A stretch of DNA of 28,752 bases from Marine Group I thaumarchaeote (GTDB taxonomy: Archaea > Thermoproteota > Nitrososphaeria > Nitrososphaerales > Nitrosopumilaceae): contig CP054849.1 of NCBI GenBank assembly GCA_044358425.1, forward strand, positions 244,577 to 273,328. Reading direction: 5' to 3'. The notes under the pieces were generated by a model. That model was not told where the DNA came from. It was given only the letters and a program-made list of their open reading frames with translations, and made no database searches. This document shows, piece by piece, positions 25,138 through 28,752 of the stretch (the first letter of the stretch is position 1; every line of letters starts with the position of its first letter). Position numbers and translations under genes: made by a program.

Positions 25138-26139
25138 ATGACATCTACCGTTGTTGTTGGAGGATTTTTTGGTGATGAAGGTAAAGGAAAAATTATTTCT
25201 TATTTGGCAATTAAAGACGATCCTAAAATTATTGTTCGAGGAGGTGCAGGTCCAAATGCTGGCCATACTATCATGGATGGTGATAAAGTCTACAAAGTCA
25301 GAATGCTTCCAAGTGGATTTTTAAATAAAAATGCTAAAGTTATGATTGGACCTGGTGTTGTAATTAATCCTGAAGTTTTAGCCAATGAAATTCAGGATTT
25401 TGGTGCATCTGGTCGTGTTTTCATCGATAAACACTGTGGTGTAATTGAAGATTCCCACTTACAACGAGATTCTAAAGGAGAATTGAAAGAAAAAATTGGT
25501 AGTACTGGTAGTGGAACTGGTCCAGCAAATTCTGATAGAGCAATGCGAGTTTTAAAAATGGCAAAAGACTTTGAATCGTTATCTTCTTTGATTACTGACG
25601 TTCCTGAAGAGATTAATTCAGCATTATCTGCAAATCAAAATGTTCTAGTTGAAGGTACTCAAGGAACATTCCTTTCACTATGGCACGGAACATATCCTTT
25701 TGTTACTTCTAAAGATGTTACTGCATCTGGAATTTGTGCTGACGTTGGTTTAGGACCAACAAAAGTTGATGAAGTAATTGTTGTTTTCAAATCATATGTT
25801 ACTCGTGTTGGAACTGGTCCCTTAGCTAAAGAATTATCTCTAGAAGAAGCTGAAAAGAAAAATTGGTCTGAATTTGGAACTGTAACTGGTCGTCAAAGAC
25901 GTGCAGCTGATTTTGATTTTGATTTAGCTAGGCGTGCAATTATGCTTAATGGCGCAACACAAATTTCTATCACAAAACTTGATGTTCTTTTTACTGACTG
26001 TGCTGGAAAAACATCTTTTGATGAATTATCTGAAGATGCAAAATCATTTATTAAAAATATTGAAGATGAATTAAACACGCCTGTAACAATTATTGGAACT
26101 GGTCCAGCTATCAATGATATTGTTGATAGAAGAAACTAG
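25138..26139 (+). CDS. purA: Adenylosuccinate synthetase (short archaeal type)
   Basis: GGFFGDEGKGK, GPNAGHT, IGSTGSGTGPA, EGTQG, GTYPFVTS, YVTRVGTGP, GTVTGRQRR, TKLDVL, IGTGP. Start is 25138 or 25126. Confidence 0.96.
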   Translation: MTSTVVVGGFFGDEGKGKIISYLAIKDDPKIIVRGGAGPNAGHTIMDGDKVYKVRMLPSGFLNKNAKVMIGPGVVINPEVLANEIQDFGASGRVFIDKHCGVIEDSHLQRDSKGELKEKIGSTGSGTGPANSDRAMRVLKMAKDFESLSSLITDVPEEINSALSANQNVLVEGTQGTFLSLWHGTYPFVTSKDVTASGICADVGLGPTKVDEVIVVFKSYVTRVGTGPLAKELSLEEAEKKNWSEFGTVTGRQRRAADFDFDLARRAIMLNGATQISITKLDVLFTDCAGKTSFDELSEDAKSFIKNIEDELNTPVTIIGTGPAINDIVDRRN

Positions 26140-26188
26140 GCTCTAGATTTTTGGATAAGTTTAATTTGATAATCTTTTACAAATCCTT

Positions 26189-26875
26189 GTGGACAAATTA
26201 GAAACTTCTTCTGTTGATAAATTACCTCGTTACATTCAAGTACATTCAACTTTAGAATTTACCAGATTAGTTTGTGCACTTGAGCGTGCACCACGTGTAT
26301 CTTTTTCACACAATCATGATGGTAGAAAAATTTTATCTGTGCAAATGGATGTATTAAAAGAAAAACCAATTGTTTACTATACTCCTTTAGAGCGTAATGG
26401 TGATTACCTTTGTTATGGATTAAAATCTGGAAAAGAAGAATCTGACATTGTAGATTCTACTTCTGACTCTAGTAAATTATATTCACCAATTATTAGAATT
26501 AAATCTCTTCCAAAAACATTACAACCTGGTAATGGAACACTTGATCGGTATCAGCCTATTGAACTAGAGGATTTATCTAGTCTTGCAAAACTCACATGGG
26601 GTTTTGATGAAGTTCCTTTCCCGCTGTTTTTATTTCCTCATAATGACAAATGGCTTCTTGGAGTTTTTATGAATTTTAATGATGAAGGAACATCATATTT
26701 TTGTCATGTTGTATTGAACAGTGAACCTGAAAATCCATTTATCAAATTTTCTACTACAAACGGAGTTGAACCAACGTTTGTCCAAAACCCCTCTGAACAT
26801 GGCTATTCTTATATCAAAATAATAAAATTGAAGGATACTCATCCACTAGTTGATTATGGCCACCTTCAAAACTAG
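26189..26875 (+). CDS. Hypothetical protein with apparent internal two-fold repeat
   Basis: GTG start. Lies between purA and pyrF and overlaps the pyrF start. Confidence 0.8.
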   Translation: MDKLETSSVDKLPRYIQVHSTLEFTRLVCALERAPRVSFSHNHDGRKILSVQMDVLKEKPIVYYTPLERNGDYLCYGLKSGKEESDIVDSTSDSSKLYSPIIRIKSLPKTLQPGNGTLDRYQPIELEDLSSLAKLTWGFDEVPFPLFLFPHNDKWLLGVFMNFNDEGTSYFCHVVLNSEPENPFIKFSTTNGVEPTFVQNPSEHGYSYIKIIKLKDTHPLVDYGHLQN

Positions 26876-27590
26876 ACTTTCACAGATCTCAAAAAGTAAT
26901 GGCAAAGTAATTCTTGCAAATGATTATAATTCTTCAGAAAAAAATTTACAAAATAAAACTATTCAAAACATCAAAAAACTAAATCCATATCTTTGTGCAA
27001 TTAAATTAAATTTTCATTTACTACTTCCTCTAAGTTCTAAAGAAATTATTAAAATCAATAAAACAGCACATGATTATGGATTACAAACAATTGCAGATAT
27101 CAAATTAAATGATATTGGAAATACTAATCGTGTAACAACAGAACATTTATGGAATTTGGGGTTTGACGCTGTAATTGCAAATCCTATCATGGGACTGGAT
27201 AGCTTGAAGAATTTAGTAAAATCATCTCATAAAGAAAAAAATGGTGTGATTACTTTATGTCACATGAGTGCACCTGAGGCTAGATTATCATATGATATGG
27301 AAATTAAAATGGGCAAAAAACAACAATTATACCAATTATTTCTAAATTGGGCATTAACTGCAAAAGTAGATGGAATTGTAGTTGGAGCAACGTTTCCAAA
27401 AATTATTCAATATTGTTCTAAACAAGCAGGAAAAAATTTAAGTATATTTTCACCTGGAGTTGGAACTCAGGGTGGAAATGCATCAGAAGTGATTTCTTCT
27501 GGTACAGATTATCTAATTGTTGGTAGAACTATTTTGAATGCAAAGAATCCTGTTAACGTTGCAAAAGAATTGCAATCACAAAGTATTTGA
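26856..27590 (+). CDS. pyrF: Orotidine 5'-phosphate decarboxylase
   Basis: ILAND, AIKLN, IADIKLNDIGNT (DxKxxD), MS.P, VVGAT, SPGVG.QGG, IVGR.I. Confidence 0.93.
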   Translation: MATFKTRLSQISKSNGKVILANDYNSSEKNLQNKTIQNIKKLNPYLCAIKLNFHLLLPLSSKEIIKINKTAHDYGLQTIADIKLNDIGNTNRVTTEHLWNLGFDAVIANPIMGLDSLKNLVKSSHKEKNGVITLCHMSAPEARLSYDMEIKMGKKQQLYQLFLNWALTAKVDGIVVGATFPKIIQYCSKQAGKNLSIFSPGVGTQGGNASEVISSGTDYLIVGRTILNAKNPVNVAKELQSQSI

Positions 27591-27995
27591 TAACAATCTT
27601 TCAGCTTTGGTAAGAACTGTTTTTGCATTATCAAATGTTGTCTTTTCCATTGATGAATTATAATCTAGCCATGTATATCCACTATGCTCATGGGAAATTT
27701 TTACATCTTTAGTTTTAGTTTCTGCTAAAAAGAACACTACTTTTTTTTGAACTAATTCCCCTTGATATTTGAAATTATATTGAATCCATTCTTCAAAATT
27801 TTCTACAAATGTAATGTCTGTAATTCCTGTTTCTTCTTTTGTTTCTCTAACAGCTGTTTGATGTGTTGATTCTTCTTGCTCCATCTTTCCTTTTACAAAA
27901 TCCCAATGACCAGATGGATAATGCAGTAATAGAAATAGAATTTTTGATTCTTCTTTTCTAAATAAAACAATTCCAGCAGATGTCTCTTCAATCAT
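27576..27995 (-). CDS. Nudix hydrolase, Ap4A asymmetrical tetraphosphatase-like
   Basis: SAGIV, GHWDFVKG, Nudix box G.MEQEES..QTAVRETKEETGI, ISHEH..Y.W. Confidence 0.88.
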   Translation of the reverse strand: MIEETSAGIVLFRKEESKILFLLLHYPSGHWDFVKGKMEQEESTHQTAVRETKEETGITDITFVENFEEWIQYNFKYQGELVQKKVVFFLAETKTKDVKISHEHSGYTWLDYNSSMEKTTFDNAKTVLTKAERLLSNTL

Positions 27996-28752
27996 TTTCC
28001 TAATCTTCTTTTCCTTTCTTGAAATGTTCTTATCGCTCTCATTAAATCAATCTTTCTGAATTCTGGCCAAAAAATATCCATAAAAACTAGCTCACTATAT
28101 GCACTTTGCCACATCAAAAACCCACTTAATCTTTTTTCACCTGATGTGCGTAAAATCATATCAGGTGATGACTGTGGTAAATGTGAAGTATATAGATTTG
28201 ATTCAATCTCTTTTTTTGTGATCTCATCTATTTTTAAATTTCCATCTTTAATTGTCTCTCCAATTTTTTTTACGGCATCAACTAATTCGTTCTGACCACC
28301 ATAAGCTAATGCAATATTTAGAAAATGATTATCATAATTTTTTGTTACATTGTCTAATCTAGTTAAAACTTCTTTAATTGATTCTGGAAGTAACTCTATT
28401 CTTCCAATTGCTTTAACTCTCATTTCACATCTGTGTATTCTAGGATCGTTGTATAATTTTTCTAATCTCATTCTAATTAATTCATAGAGATCATCTAATT
28501 CACTATCTTTTCTTTCTAAATTCTCTGCTGATAATGCATAAAGTGTGACAATTTTGATATTAAATTCCTCGCACCAATCAAGTAAATTCTCAACTGCATC
28601 TGCACCTTTCCAGTGTCCTTTTTTATTAATTTCTAAATGTCGTTTTGCCCATCGTCTATTTCCATCCAAAATTAATGCAATATGGTTGGGAATGTCTCCT
28701 GTTTTAATTTCATTTTCTAGTTTTTTTCCATATATTTTGTATAATCCTGATA
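27992..28752 (-). CDS. uppS: cis-prenyltransferase (polyprenyl diphosphate synthase), 5'-truncated by the window edge
   Basis: Frame is open to the window end (SGLYKIYGKKLENEIKTGDIPNHIALILDGNRRW). Motifs S.EN..R, AYGG, PDMILRTSGEKRLSGFLMWQSAYSE, WPEF. Confidence 0.95.
   Translation of the reverse strand, partial: SGLYKIYGKKLENEIKTGDIPNHIALILDGNRRWAKRHLEINKKGHWKGADAVENLLDWCEEFNIKIVTLYALSAENLERKDSELDDLYELIRMRLEKLYNDPRIHRCEMRVKAIGRIELLPESIKEVLTRLDNVTKNYDNHFLNIALAYGGQNELVDAVKKIGETIKDGNLKIDEITKKEIESNLYTSHLPQSSPDMILRTSGEKRLSGFLMWQSAYSELVFMDIFWPEFRKIDLMRAIRTFQERKRRLGK

Noticed and set aside
491-26114. Numerous shadow ORFs in the track (e.g. 491..883, 1657..1869, 2465..2704, 3905..4207, 5699..5968, 6977..7165, 8009..8425, 8516..8872, 9843..10214, 10133..10327, 12097..12324, 13191..13580, 13738..13932, 14065..14445, 14644..14847, 15372..15575, 15844..16077, 18486..18668, 18855..19085, 19511..19720, 20319..20651, 22444..22707, 23192..23611, 23792..23974, 25021..25266, 25893..26114)
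   Set aside because: They lie antisense to, or out of frame within, well-supported genes, show no motifs, and mostly have the Ser/Ile/Phe-rich composition expected from reverse-complemented AT-rich codons.

Overview
AT-rich, densely packed archaeal chromosomal window. Gene content points to a marine ammonia-oxidising thaumarchaeon (Nitrosopumilaceae-like): archaeal histone, eS17, PDCD5-like protein, short archaeal PurA, membrane-anchored cupredoxin, BRE/TATA promoters. Most of it is housekeeping: pdxST, valS, a QueD fusion, pterin dehydratase, purB, rtcB, rps11, thiL, a phosphohexomutase, tatD, rps17e, TsaC/Sua5, purA, pyrF, a Nudix hydrolase and a partial uppS. Two intronless tRNAs (Thr-CGT, Cys-GCA) point at each other across a ~4.2 kb block holding small membrane proteins, a wHTH regulator, two Cys/His proteins, a solitary AIPR-family gene and a cupredoxin. 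The most interesting observations are: (1) an unannotated 62-nt, 23-bp hairpin immediately 3' of the AIPR gene, with a TATA-like element upstream on + and an anti-Shine-Dalgarno (ACCUCCU) at its apex; (2) a ubiquitin-like(GG)-Cgi121 fusion clustered with TsaC/Sua5, a THUMP protein and eS17; (3) QueD fused to a nuclease-like N-terminal domain; (4) a translationally coupled rtcB-PDCD5-unknown operon; (5) small ORFs missed by the ORF track. No integrase, transposase, CRISPR array or rRNA was seen. All family calls come from motif recognition by eye; no database searches were run.
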